Positions 26,925 through 36,652 of a stretch of DNA of 64,000 nucleotides are shown here, piece after piece. Numbering within the stretch: the stretch's first letter is position 1; the number at the start of each line of letters is the position of its first letter. Both the position numbers and the translations under genes were made by a program. This stretch comes from an uncultured virus (IMG/VR IMGVR_UViG_3300032829_000002) (Duplodnaviria > Heunggongvirae > Uroviricota > Caudoviricetes). The stretch is from positions 1-64,000 of IMG/VR virus record IMGVR_UViG_3300032829_000002. One strand, written 5' to 3'. Under the pieces are notes generated by a model. The model worked only from the letters and a program-made list of their open reading frames with translations. It was not told the DNA's origin and made no database searches.

Positions 26925-27905
26925 TTACCTCTCTATCGGCCCGATGTAGTCCACCGCCTTCGAGACGGCCTCTTGGACTTGTTGTGGGCTCAGGTCGGTT
27001 GGTTGACGTTCTTCGTACTGCACGACGCGCACCCGCAGGGTCCGGGCGAGCCGTCGGCTGATCTGCATGACTCCTTTCTGTCCAGCCTCGTCGTTGTCGA
27101 GAAACAAGTAGACCGCACCACCCATGCGCTCAAGTACCGCGCGCTGGTACGGGGAAAGGAAGGACCCCATCAGCGCTACGGTGTTCTTGAAGCCGGCCTG
27201 CCATGACCACATGCACGCCTTGAATCCTTCGCACACGAGAATGGCAGGTGACTTGTCGAACCAGGACTCGGGGTAGACGCGCTCCGCGTTCCAGAGAATG
27301 TGACTCTTGTCCGTGGAGATGGGCGTCAGTCCCCAAGCCTTGTATTCCTTCTCCGAGTACACTTTGTACCGCGGGTGATCGTCCATCGTCGCTCTGCCAC
27401 TGATGCCGACAAGTCGCCCGAGGATGTCCCGGATAGGAAACGTGATACGGTTGTTCTTCGTGTCGTAGCCGACGTCGAAGTGCTTCAGCGTGTCTTCGGA
27501 GAAGCCCTCCTCGAGGAGGGACAGCGGGCAATGCTCGAAGAGACCGAGACTGCTCTCCTCGAGAACACCGCTGGTCAGGCCGCTGAAGATGCGCTGAGCC
27601 TTGCGAGTCTGCCGCGCTGCACGCTCCTCGATCTGCTCGAGCAACGGCTTGTAGAACGTGTCGATCGTCTTGCCGGGAACGCCGATGTCCCGCAGGAACG
27701 TTCGAAGGTTCCCCTTCTCGTGGCAGGCGTGGCACATCCACAAGCCTGTCGTGAGCGAGATTGCGAACGACGGCGTCTTCTCCGGAAGTCCTGTTTCCGC
27801 CTTCACGTGGAAGGGGCAGATGGCCATGACGTTGTCAGGGCCGCTTCGTCGTGCGCCGTCCAGGAACTTCGAGACGACGTCGAGGACTTCGGTGTTGATG
27901 GTCAT
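26925..27905 (-). CDS. dnaG: DnaG-type DNA primase (CHC2 zinc finger plus TOPRIM)
   Basis: 'CPFH...CHAC', 'RITFPI...GR', 'VCEG', 'FLDNDEAG'. Confidence 0.9.
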   Translation of the reverse strand: MTINTEVLDVVSKFLDGARRSGPDNVMAICPFHVKAETGLPEKTPSFAISLTTGLWMCHACHEKGNLRTFLRDIGVPGKTIDTFYKPLLEQIEERAARQTRKAQRIFSGLTSGVLEESSLGLFEHCPLSLLEEGFSEDTLKHFDVGYDTKNNRITFPIRDILGRLVGISGRATMDDHPRYKVYSEKEYKAWGLTPISTDKSHILWNAERVYPESWFDKSPAILVCEGFKACMWSWQAGFKNTVALMGSFLSPYQRAVLERMGGAVYLFLDNDEAGQKGVMQISRRLARTLRVRVVQYEERQPTDLSPQQVQEAVSKAVDYIGPIER

Positions 27906-29314
27906 ACGATGTCTTTGATGTTTTCCTTGACCTCGGAGATGGTGGAGGTCGGAACGTTGTCCTTGTTCATCTTCGTCACGGGCTGCCGCGTGATCGCTTT
28001 CTTCTTCTTTTCGTCTTCGCCACCCTCAGCGTCTTTCTCAGCGGCCTTGGAGATTTCCTTCTCCGTCATCTCGCGGTTGAATGAAAAGTCGACGCAGGGG
28101 CGCGCGTTGATCTTGACTCCGTGGAGCTTGAACTCGCGGGAGCCACCGATGACCAGTGACACGGTCGGATGCTCATCCGATCGATCGTTGATGCAACGAA
28201 TAGCCACCGTTGCGTCTTGTCCGATGGCGTCGGAGTACGCGATCTCGTCGAGCTCCGCGTTGTTGTGCTTCGCCGCGTTGCGGTTGGCTTGCATCGTAGC
28301 GACGAGCGGGATGCGCGTTCCGAGGACCATGTCGCGTGCTGCTCGAGAGATCGAGGCGACACGCTCGTGGTCTTTACCGGGTTTGCCATCGGCGCTCATC
28401 AGGTACAGGCCATCGATGAAGACGATGTCTGGTTGGTACTTGTCGACCTTGCTGCGGACCCACGACATGCTGTCCTGACCCGCAGGAGCGTCACGTCCCG
28501 AGATGCAGATGATGTTGTGGCTACCCTGCGTGGCCTTCGATTGCTCTCTGACCATCATGTAGAGATCGTTGAGCTTCTGCTCGTCTTCTGGGCTCAAGCG
28601 GCCAAGACGAAGCTCGCTGTATGGCAGGCGAGCGATGAAGGCTCCGACTCGGCGGAAGAGCTGCCAAGCGGGCATCTCCTTCGTGTAGACGAGCACCTTC
28701 TTTCCCTGGTCGTATGCGCTCGCAGCCATCGCGGACAACACGAAGGACTTCATGCTCTTCGGTCGACCGTACAGAACGATGTAGTCGTCCTCTTGGATGC
28801 CGAGTGTCTGCTCGTTGAACGGTTCCCATGGCCAGAGCAGCGAGGAGTTGCCTACGCCGTCCTTGGCGTTCTTGTAGCGAAGAAGGAGCTCCTCCATCGC
28901 GTCATCGAAGTGGGAGTCGTAGTTCTTCAACCCGACGTTCTGTAGTCGTTGCAACTCGCTGACGAGGCTGTTGAGTGCCCCCATCGGGTCGACGTCGATG
29001 TCCTCCAGACGGTTGCCGATGTACTCCTTCATTTCGAGTGCGAGACGGTTCTTTCGAACTTCGGTACAAAGCGCCTCCGTCGTCATCGACGGGTCATCAC
29101 AAAATTCGAAGGTCGGGTACGCCTCCTTGATGAGAAAGGGGCCGGGGATGGCACCCTGCGTGTCGTTCGCACGCCAGTAGCCAAGGATGTTGACGAACAG
29201 CCCGCGGCCTTCCGTGGTACGGAAGTCGTTCGGGACGATACCCCAGTCGAGGGCAGCGGCGAGGGCGCCTGTTCGTACGATGCGGCTGAGTAGCTGCATC
29301 TCGATGTGAGCCAT
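27902..29314 (-). CDS. dnaB: DnaB-like replicative helicase
   Basis: 'GRPKSMKS' Walker A, 'VFIDGLYLM', 'QANR', 'IAYSDAIGQDA'; ATG at 29314 after GGAGG. Confidence 0.85.
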   Translation of the reverse strand: MAHIEMQLLSRIVRTGALAAALDWGIVPNDFRTTEGRGLFVNILGYWRANDTQGAIPGPFLIKEAYPTFEFCDDPSMTTEALCTEVRKNRLALEMKEYIGNRLEDIDVDPMGALNSLVSELQRLQNVGLKNYDSHFDDAMEELLLRYKNAKDGVGNSSLLWPWEPFNEQTLGIQEDDYIVLYGRPKSMKSFVLSAMAASAYDQGKKVLVYTKEMPAWQLFRRVGAFIARLPYSELRLGRLSPEDEQKLNDLYMMVREQSKATQGSHNIICISGRDAPAGQDSMSWVRSKVDKYQPDIVFIDGLYLMSADGKPGKDHERVASISRAARDMVLGTRIPLVATMQANRNAAKHNNAELDEIAYSDAIGQDATVAIRCINDRSDEHPTVSLVIGGSREFKLHGVKINARPCVDFSFNREMTEKEISKAAEKDAEGGEDEKKKKAITRQPVTKMNKDNVPTSTISEVKENIKDIV

Positions 29315-29349
29315 GGTGCCTCCTTGCAATAGTTGTCCTGCGCGCAGCC

Positions 29350-29376
29350 CTTATACCGGGTGGCGCGCAGAGTTGC
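29350..29376 (-). promoter_or_regulatory. Putative phage promoter GCAA-N15-GGTATAAG upstream of dnaB
   Basis: Copy of the repeated motif, located just downstream of a terminator. Confidence 0.6.
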
Positions 29377-29390
29377 GTCGGTCGTCTCGG

Positions 29391-29437
29391 GGGTAGAAAA
29401 AAGGAGAAGGGCGTACCTTGCGGCCGCCCTTCTTTTT
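29391..29437 (-). terminator. Intrinsic terminator (possibly bidirectional)
   Basis: Stem agaagggcg/cgcccttct (29405-29433) with A/T tracts on both sides. Confidence 0.7.
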
Positions 29438-29531
29438 CCGTCGTCAGTGCGTCTGGGGGTAGATCATGACGCGCGCTCCGTGGACTGCTCACGATGCTCG
29501 AGGGCATCGAAGAAGTCAACCGACGCGCGCC

Positions 29532-29882
29532 TCATGCAATCGATTCGGCGTCTTCTCCTTGACTATCCAGGTGTTCCCCGAGTCCGCCAGGCGAAACGAC
29601 GCGCGAAGAGGTGGCAGGCATCGTGATTCCGCCGGGTTCTTCGATGCCCGCCTCGAGGAAGTGGGCGGCGGCCATGTCTGCCTCCATCGCGTCCTTCAAC
29701 TCGCGAAGTTTTTGAATGGTCGACGGGGACCAGGTCTGGTGCGTCGTCCATCCGTGCGTTGCGCCCGTTTCCAGATTCACGAAGGCGGCCTTCGCCGTCA
29801 TCTTCCCCGTTGGCGGGTTGATGAAGTCGGCTTCGAGGCTTGCGATCGCGAGCGCGTTTGGCTTGAGCGTGCCTTTTCTCAT
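29532..29882 (-). CDS. Hypothetical protein
   Basis: ATG at 29882 overlaps the upstream stop (ATGA). Confidence 0.6.
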   Translation of the reverse strand: MRKGTLKPNALAIASLEADFINPPTGKMTAKAAFVNLETGATHGWTTHQTWSPSTIQKLRELKDAMEADMAAAHFLEAGIEEPGGITMPATSSRVVSPGGLGEHLDSQGEDAESIA

Positions 29883-30208
29883 CGGGGGGTGCCTGCCGGC
29901 GGAGGTGATGCAGCGATGTTCGGAAGAGGCGGCGCGAGATCGTCGAGGCTGCTTCGAGCGATCTCTTTCGCCGTGCGGTAGGCAATCTCTCCCGCTTCGA
30001 AGACGGTGGCCTCGTCCTGGTTGCACGTCAGGCGGACTGCGACGTGTACCTTCGCTTCACCGAAGCCCAGTGTCGTGCCAACGAGAACTTCGACCTGCGC
30101 CTTCTCGTCGCCGAGGAGGTCACGTACGCGGTCGTTCTTGATGGCTCCTCCTTCTCGTTTGATCTCGTTGCCGTCGAGGTCGGTGATCGATTTGCTGTAG
30201 TTCATCAT
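29879..30208 (-). CDS. Hypothetical protein
   Basis: Coupled overlaps on both sides. Confidence 0.6.
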   Translation of the reverse strand: MMNYSKSITDLDGNEIKREGGAIKNDRVRDLLGDEKAQVEVLVGTTLGFGEAKVHVAVRLTCNQDEATVFEAGEIAYRTAKEIARSSLDDLAPPLPNIAASPPPAGTPR

Positions 30209-30654
30209 GGCAGCTTGTACGTCTCCGGCTTCTTGTAGCTACGCTTCACGCCGACGCAGGTCTCTTTGACTTCCTGCGGAACGTGCCCTGCCTCGAGGTG
30301 GGAGATGAACCGCGTGCGATCGAGCTTGTACGTGGTCACCTTCTCGGTGTAGCCACCGACTTCTGCGAAGCCGTCCGGTCCGAGCTCGTCGAAGAGTTTC
30401 TCGACGTCGATGTCGACAGTCTCCGAGAGCTTGTTGAACGGTCCGCAGGAGACGCCGCTGGCACGAACGACTTTCTCGGCGGCTTGCAAGTACGTGTTGC
30501 GCTCTTCGACCAGCTCCGCGAGCTTCTTGTAGAAGTCCGGGTTGCTGTCGATGAGCTCCTGAATTTTCTTCTCGGTTTCGAGGAGCTGCTCGACCTCCGG
30601 GATCTCTTTGATGTCGACGACGGTCTTCGGAGTTCGCGCGTTACCCTTGGCCAT
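30205..30654 (-). CDS. Hypothetical protein with an N-terminal coiled coil
   Basis: GAGG RBS; in the operon. Confidence 0.65.
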   Translation of the reverse strand: MAKGNARTPKTVVDIKEIPEVEQLLETEKKIQELIDSNPDFYKKLAELVEERNTYLQAAEKVVRASGVSCGPFNKLSETVDIDVEKLFDELGPDGFAEVGGYTEKVTTYKLDRTRFISHLEAGHVPQEVKETCVGVKRSYKKPETYKLP

Positions 30655-31522
30655 ATTGATCCTCGTCCTCCTCCCGCTCGCGCAGGTTGTCGATCGTTTC
30701 CTCGATCTGCTCGTCCGTTGCGTTGCTGTTCGTCGTTACGGTGACACCGAACACCTCGACCATGTACTGCTCGTAGATGCGCACCGCTTTTCGGATGTCG
30801 GAAGCGAACTGGCGTAGCGCGCTGTTGTTGCGCTTGTCCGACAGCGATCGTAGGACGTACGCAGGGTGCAGCGTTGGAAGAAGAAGGTAGCGGACCTCGT
30901 TCGGTTCCGTCGGGGCAACAGTCTTGCCCCCGATCTTTCGAATCCAGGCACCCTTCTTCTCTGTGAGCGACGCACGATGCGACGCTCCTGGAATGGTGAT
31001 GTGTCGCTCCTTGCCCCTCTCCTGGGTGATCGCGACTGCCTTGCCGGTCAGTGCTTCAGCGGCTTTTGCTCCAAGACTGACGATCAGCACGGGGTCGACG
31101 AGATAGATCTCTTCGAGCAGCCGCGGCAAGCAAGCAGACACGGCTACGGCAGACGGCGGCTCGTCTCGGTATAGCGGCATCGGGGGGCGTTTGCCGAACG
31201 ACTTGCCGAACATCGGAGAGCCGTCTGCCGTCGTCATCGGCGTGCAAGAACGGCACGCTACGACGTTGGTCACGTAGAACTTGTCGAACCGGAATTGGCT
31301 GAGGACAGTGCGGAAGATTCCTCCCGACTCTCCAACGAACGGCCGGCCCTGGCGTTCTTCGTTCTTTCCAGGGCCTTCGCCAACGAAGAGGATGGCACGA
31401 GGCTCACCCTCTCCGAAGACCATCTCGCCGTTCACCGCCATCCGGTGCGTGCCAAGTTCACAGCGCGTGCAGTTCGACCACTCCTGGTTCAGCACGTGCA
31501 GCGACTTGCGGGCGTCCATCAC
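30641..31522 (-). CDS. Family 4 uracil-DNA glycosylase
   Basis: 'CTRC', 'VGEGPG..E..QGRPFVG.SG', 'TNVVAC', 'HPAY'. Confidence 0.9.
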   Translation of the reverse strand: MMDARKSLHVLNQEWSNCTRCELGTHRMAVNGEMVFGEGEPRAILFVGEGPGKNEERQGRPFVGESGGIFRTVLSQFRFDKFYVTNVVACRSCTPMTTADGSPMFGKSFGKRPPMPLYRDEPPSAVAVSACLPRLLEEIYLVDPVLIVSLGAKAAEALTGKAVAITQERGKERHITIPGASHRASLTEKKGAWIRKIGGKTVAPTEPNEVRYLLLPTLHPAYVLRSLSDKRNNSALRQFASDIRKAVRIYEQYMVEVFGVTVTTNSNATDEQIEETIDNLREREEDEDQYGQG

Positions 31523-32025
31523 GGTTTCGGACCCTGCCCTCGCATCATCTGCGCGAGCTGCGCCATCGACATGCCCGGCGGCATCTGCGGCATCATCAGA
31601 GGCGACCCTGCCGTTTCTTTCGAAGGACCTCCTGCTTGCCGTGCGTGCTCGATGGTCCGTGCCGCTTCTTCGATGTAGCTTTGGTGGACCTTCTTGTCGG
31701 ATTCGTCCATGTCCTCGACGAAGTAGATCGAGGCGACATCTTTCAGGTAGAGCGGTGGGCTGCCGAGCGTCGTTCCGAGCGGCGTCACGAAGCTCCTCTT
31801 CACGATGCCGCCTTCGGGCGACGGCCCGAGGGACACGGCGTACTCGTGAGCGGGCAGCGCCTTCAGGACGAGCCGGCCTTTCATGAACTGCTTCATCACC
31901 GTCTCTTTCAGAGACGTGCTCACGATCGGCTGCCCTTCCTCGTCGAACACGGAGATGATGTTCATCAGGTAGAGATCGCCGCTAGCGGCGCGTACGACTG
32001 CCCAGAGTGCGTTGTCTTCGTTCAT
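31519..32025 (-). CDS. Hypothetical protein
   Basis: ATG at 32025 overlaps the helicase stop. Confidence 0.6.
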   Translation of the reverse strand: MNEDNALWAVVRAASGDLYLMNIISVFDEEGQPIVSTSLKETVMKQFMKGRLVLKALPAHEYAVSLGPSPEGGIVKRSFVTPLGTTLGSPPLYLKDVASIYFVEDMDESDKKVHQSYIEEAARTIEHARQAGGPSKETAGSPLMMPQMPPGMSMAQLAQMMRGQGPKP

Positions 32026-33728
32026 CGTTTTCTTCCTTTGGGGTAGTTCAGTAGCTCGTACTCGTACGGACCGCCGTCGTCGATAGGCCACTGTCGAAGG
32101 TGCTTCCGCATCTTCTGGCACATGCCGATCATCGGCCCGATGTTGTCTTCTAGCACCACGACGACCGGTGCTTTCTTTCCTTCCTTGTGACGGAGAACTC
32201 GGCCCATCACCTGCTGAAGCATGTTCTTCGAGCTCATCGGCTCGAGAATGATCACGGTGTCGAGCGCGGGGTTGTCGAGGCCCTCCTTGCCGTACTTCAT
32301 GATGGCGAAGGTGACCCTCTTCTCCTTGAGCATCTTCATCCGATGCTTCGGATCGACACGGTGAATCATCAGTCCTGCGTCACTGTCCTTACGCAGGGTT
32401 CGAGCGATGTACTCACGTTGCTTTTTCCGTCGAAGGGCTTCGACTTTCTCGAACACCTCATGCGCTTTGATGGTGCTCTTGTAGATCGCGATCTCCTTCT
32501 CGAGCCCTTCGAAGACGTCCTTGTCGAGTGACGCGTCTTGCAACGCCGTCTCGAGATTGCTGATGGCCGTCAGCATCTTCGCAAGAGCGACATCGTCGAG
32601 GCGTTGCGGTTGCACGGTCTCTCCGACCTCGCTCGGATCGACACTGATGTCGGTGTAGAGCTCCGTGTTGCCATTCCAGAGCGCGAGTAGATTCACGAGC
32701 TCGTCGATGGAGTTCGAGAGCACGAGGATCTTTCGGTCTTGCGCGAGGGCGTTGCGGATCTCGTTCTGGATGAAGTCGAGGCGCGGGCGCCACTGTCCGA
32801 AGTAGACGGCGAGCTTGGACAGGTGCAGCTCACCGTTGTCCGTGCAAGTCGCGTCGACCACCGCAGGGTCTTGCATGTTCAACTCGAGTCCTGTGTACGT
32901 GAAGTAGATGCGTGGACGCATCTCCTGAACGAGGTCTCGGTAGAGAACCTTGCCGAAGTGGAACTCGTGGATGACGTGCAGGCCATCTTCTCGTTCGGGT
33001 GTCGCGGTGAGACCGTACCGGCGCCCGTAGAACAAGTCTGCGCTTCGAGAGAACGTCGGTGCGTTGACGTGATGCGCCTCGTCCCAGCCGATGATGCCGA
33101 ACCACCGACGAACTTCTTCTGGCATGTCGGCTGCGCGTCTTGCGAGGGTTTGGTATGTCGAGAGCACGACCCACTTCTTCCAGTCGAACGTCTGCTCTTG
33201 AATGAGGCCGACGCCGCCAGGAACATCCAAGAAGGTGGAGATCGCCTCCGACCACTGCTCGAGAAGCTGCGTGTTATCGACCACGATCAGTCCTGGCATG
33301 CCCGAACGAGCAATGACCTCCAGGAAGACGACTGTCTTGCCCTTACCGCAGGCAAGTTGGAGAATGCCACCGCGCGCGCTCATCAACGCATCGACCGACT
33401 TGCGTTGAACGTCGCTGCCAGTGGGAATGAGGGAGCCGTCGTTCTGCCTTTTGTGGTCCAGCGTGATGCGACTCCGAACAGGAGAGCGCGAGTAGCGCTG
33501 CGGTCGGCAATCGACGATCTCGAACGGAAGTTGGTCGCGCGGCCAGAACTCACGCGGCACGACCAGATGATCTGCCGTCTCTCGGTAGAGGGGGAGATCC
33601 GTGGGGATACGGTCCTTCCCCTCCAAGTACGAGAACGTGAGGGCGCGCTTCACGCCCTCAACGTTGAAGTGGACTTTGGGTACCCAGAGATTCGTATCCA
33701 GGTACCCTCGATCGGAGAGCTTGTTCAT
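32022..33728 (-). CDS. Superfamily 2 DEAH helicase (UvsW/Rad25-like)
   Basis: 'LACGKGKT', 'DEAHH', 'GLTATPER', 'EGLD', 'QVMGR'. Confidence 0.9.
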   Translation of the reverse strand: MNKLSDRGYLDTNLWVPKVHFNVEGVKRALTFSYLEGKDRIPTDLPLYRETADHLVVPREFWPRDQLPFEIVDCRPQRYSRSPVRSRITLDHKRQNDGSLIPTGSDVQRKSVDALMSARGGILQLACGKGKTVVFLEVIARSGMPGLIVVDNTQLLEQWSEAISTFLDVPGGVGLIQEQTFDWKKWVVLSTYQTLARRAADMPEEVRRWFGIIGWDEAHHVNAPTFSRSADLFYGRRYGLTATPEREDGLHVIHEFHFGKVLYRDLVQEMRPRIYFTYTGLELNMQDPAVVDATCTDNGELHLSKLAVYFGQWRPRLDFIQNEIRNALAQDRKILVLSNSIDELVNLLALWNGNTELYTDISVDPSEVGETVQPQRLDDVALAKMLTAISNLETALQDASLDKDVFEGLEKEIAIYKSTIKAHEVFEKVEALRRKKQREYIARTLRKDSDAGLMIHRVDPKHRMKMLKEKRVTFAIMKYGKEGLDNPALDTVIILEPMSSKNMLQQVMGRVLRHKEGKKAPVVVVLEDNIGPMIGMCQKMRKHLRQWPIDDGGPYEYELLNYPKGRKR

Positions 33729-34267
33729 TCTTCCTTCTTGCTGAACGCGTTGTGATCGAGCCAGGCTGCGAACGCATGCCCGAGAGCCTTGCCGCCTGCA
33801 CGAAGCATCTCGCGTCCAAGTGGAGCGAGGAAGTGCTCACCAGACCGCCTCTCTTCCGGAACGGTCAGGTACGCAGGGATTCCGTAGTTGGTCGGCATCA
33901 TCTGCACCGGCTGGCTGACCACGATTGGGTACGGATAGTGCGGGTTCGGGTACGCCGGCGGAGGCGCTGCTTGGGGAGTCATCTGCATCGGAGGCGGCTG
34001 CTGGAATCGTGGAGCATACGGCGCCGCCGGCTGCTGCGGACGGATCAGGCTCGAGGGGGCCACCAGCGCGCGCTGTTGCGCCTCGGTTTTCGCCAGAGCT
34101 GTTCGGATCTTGCAGGAGTCGAAGTAATCGCAGCGCGGGCGAACTTTGGCGCCGTTGGGTGCCACGAAGGTCGCGTCGTAGCCGCCGGCGCACTCGACCG
34201 CGCTTTGGTCCCAGATCTTGCCGTAGCACTCGGGCTGCTGAGTGGTCTGCACCGTCGTTTGGTTCAT
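33725..34267 (-). CDS. Hypothetical protein with an N-terminal Cys cluster and Pro/Gln-rich middle
   Basis: GGAGG RBS; first gene of the minus-strand block. Confidence 0.65.
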   Translation of the reverse strand: MNQTTVQTTQQPECYGKIWDQSAVECAGGYDATFVAPNGAKVRPRCDYFDSCKIRTALAKTEAQQRALVAPSSLIRPQQPAAPYAPRFQQPPPMQMTPQAAPPPAYPNPHYPYPIVVSQPVQMMPTNYGIPAYLTVPEERRSGEHFLAPLGREMLRAGGKALGHAFAAWLDHNAFSKKEE

Positions 34268-34305
34268 TCTTGTCCTCCTGGGTCTATGCCCGGTTGTTCG
34301 TTTCC

Positions 34306-34334
34306 CTTATTCCGCTGCGGCGGCTAACCTTTGC
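34306..34334 (-). promoter_or_regulatory. Putative phage promoter GCAA-N17-GGAATAAG
   Basis: Copy of the repeated motif in a divergent intergenic region. Confidence 0.6.
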
Positions 34335-34386
34335 GGTATTCTTGCGGTACCGGCCGTTGGCCGATTACGCTCAGACAGGGAGCGCC

Positions 34387-34920
34387 ATGGAAAAGCTCAG
34401 CGGACTTCTGCTCGACGTGTACGACGACCCCACCGGGCATCTCTTTCGAGAGATCTTCCCGAGCCGACTCGAGGTGCCGGAGCTCGTCAAGAGCGCGCAC
34501 TTGCTCAGCGAGGAAGAGCGTCGCTCGCTCCCGGACGATGTCTTCGCGCTCGTTCTCCGCGATGGTGACGTGACGCTTCGCAAGTTCGCGTGCGTCGATC
34601 CAGGCAACGTCGCGCTCTCAATGCTCTACTTTTCCAAGACCGCCGCCAAGCTGCCGAAGGAAGCGCAGAAAGCTGCTGCGCGCAACCTGCTCACCGCCGA
34701 AAGCTGGTACAAGGCAGCAGGCATCGGAGGTTCCTTGCTTGGAGCCGCCGGCAAAGGAGTCGGTGGTCTTTTGGGAAAGGGGCTGGGGTGGGCTGCCAAG
34801 AATCCGATGAGCGCGCTGAGTGGCGCGATGACGGCGTACGGCGTCGGTCAGACCGCGAAGGAGATCGGCGGCAAACTTCGCAACATCAGCGGCCAGATGG
34901 CGCCCACGATTCAAGGATGA
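34387..34920 (+). CDS. Putative head-associated protein (DUF6582-like 'ERRSLPDDVFAL...RKF' segment, K-x-A motifs)
   Basis: ATG at 34387 after GGAG; Gly/Ala-rich tail. Confidence 0.55.
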   Translation: MEKLSGLLLDVYDDPTGHLFREIFPSRLEVPELVKSAHLLSEEERRSLPDDVFALVLRDGDVTLRKFACVDPGNVALSMLYFSKTAAKLPKEAQKAAARNLLTAESWYKAAGIGGSLLGAAGKGVGGLLGKGLGWAAKNPMSALSGAMTAYGVGQTAKEIGGKLRNISGQMAPTIQG

Positions 34921-35849
34921 GCACCATGAAACAAGCAGAGCTCGCGAACACGCATACGATGCCGGCGGAGAGTACGGACACCTCGACGACGACCAAGGCG
35001 GTCGTTGCGAAGAAGACAGCGGCGATCGGACACCTGGTCAAGGGCAAGAACGGTCACCGCGGAGAGGAAGGCATCCTGCCGGAGACGAACACGGAGATCA
35101 AGGGGAAGCATCCAGGCAAGCTGCCGCAGATGCGCCTTCTTCAGCCGCACGTCGACGTTGCTGGTTTCGAGCCCCCGAAGAAGGTGCAGGAGAAGAAGGC
35201 CAGCACGTACGCGCTGGGTGCGCGCTACCCCTTGGACAGCTACGCGCAGGTCAAAGCCGCCGCGGCGTACTTCGACGAGTTCGGCAAGCGCATGGCGCCT
35301 CCCGATCGACACGAGTACTGCTGCAACCTCGTCAAGCGCGCGTCGGAGCTCGGCATCCCGGTGTCCGACGAGGTCCGCAAGTACGGTTCGGAGAAGTACG
35401 CTCCCGTCGAGGAGATCAAGGTCGCCCTCGACGCGCGTCGTTCTCTTCTCGAACCGGGCAAGTTCACGGCGGCTCTCGACAAGCTGGCGGCCGTTCGTGA
35501 GCAGCTCGAGCCGGAGATGTTCTGCCTCACGCTCAGCGAGTTCGACAAGACGGCGGGCCTCGAGTTCTGCTACGACCGCGATGTGCCCGATCCGTACTAC
35601 TCGACCTACGGCTTCGAGAAGACCGCGACCTTCAGTGAGGTCATCGGCAACATCCACGTCACCGAGGCCGACCTCGAGTACCTCGCGATGAAGCGGTTGC
35701 CCTTGGTCAAGGGGACCTTCAGCGACGACATGGCCGAAGAGTTCCGCAAGGACCCCGTCGGCATCTTCAAGTCTCTGCCGCTCGCGCAGCGCCGTATTCT
35801 GGCGAACATGGCGCGCGAACAGCACTCGGGTGCGCCTGGAAGTGGTTGA
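34917..35849 (+). CDS. Putative head-associated protein (DUF6582-like 'RYPLDSYAQVKAAAAYF', K-x-A motifs)
   Basis: ATGA overlap; multiple KTA/KLA/KQA motifs. Confidence 0.55.
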   Translation: MSTMKQAELANTHTMPAESTDTSTTTKAVVAKKTAAIGHLVKGKNGHRGEEGILPETNTEIKGKHPGKLPQMRLLQPHVDVAGFEPPKKVQEKKASTYALGARYPLDSYAQVKAAAAYFDEFGKRMAPPDRHEYCCNLVKRASELGIPVSDEVRKYGSEKYAPVEEIKVALDARRSLLEPGKFTAALDKLAAVREQLEPEMFCLTLSEFDKTAGLEFCYDRDVPDPYYSTYGFEKTATFSEVIGNIHVTEADLEYLAMKRLPLVKGTFSDDMAEEFRKDPVGIFKSLPLAQRRILANMAREQHSGAPGSG

Positions 35850-36652
35850 TGCCGTCGCTCCCCAGCTACGATGCGGAGCTTCTGAAGGTACTCCAGTCCG
35901 TCAGCCGGGCTGACGTGGAGCGCGGGCCTGCTGCGTCTTTCGACGAGTCGACTCCCGAGCTCGAAACGACGGGTGCGCCCGAAGCTACTTCGTCTCCCCC
36001 GGTTTCAGCAGTGGTTACGCGCGTGACTGCGCGTACGCTGCTGGCGCACCCCGAGACGCATCCGGTGATCGTGGATCTGGCGCTGCTTCAGAAGTACGGT
36101 CCGGAGTGGCTCGAGTGGGAACCGGAAACGGTGCAGCTTCGTGCGGGACAGGACTTCGGGACGATCAGCGACCTGAACTTCTCGAAGGCGATGGCGATGA
36201 AGACGCTTCATCTCGTCGACTCTTTCTGGGAGCAGTGGGAAGTCTTCAACTGGTGCGTGCACCCGTTCAACTCTCTCTTCCCGGACTTCGAGGTCATGCA
36301 GGCGCCGACGGTTGCTCAAGCGATGGCCGCGGTCGACGTCGCCAACCGTGTCCGTGAAGACGTCTCTTGGTCAGAAGAGGTGCGGTTGTTCCTCGGCGTT
36401 GTGCATCGCCACGAGGGCATGTTCGTTCCGCAGCCTCCCGTCGACAGGCTTGCGATCATCGATACGACCAACGTCGACATCGACCTCGATGCAGTGAAGA
36501 AGGCGTGGCCGAGTGTTCGTGTCAGCGGTAAAGCCCCCAGTGCGCAGACTTCAGAGGCGGAGCAGCTTCGGAGGATGTTGACTGCGCATGACTTCTTGAC
36601 CGAAAGTAGGAACAGGCTGAAGGCCCAGCTCTGCCTGGTGCAGACCGCATGA
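35849..36652 (+). CDS. Hypothetical protein
   Basis: TGATG overlap; Trp-rich globular domain. Confidence 0.65.
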   Translation: MPSLPSYDAELLKVLQSVSRADVERGPAASFDESTPELETTGAPEATSSPPVSAVVTRVTARTLLAHPETHPVIVDLALLQKYGPEWLEWEPETVQLRAGQDFGTISDLNFSKAMAMKTLHLVDSFWEQWEVFNWCVHPFNSLFPDFEVMQAPTVAQAMAAVDVANRVREDVSWSEEVRLFLGVVHRHEGMFVPQPPVDRLAIIDTTNVDIDLDAVKKAWPSVRVSGKAPSAQTSEAEQLRRMLTAHDFLTESRNRLKAQLCLVQTA

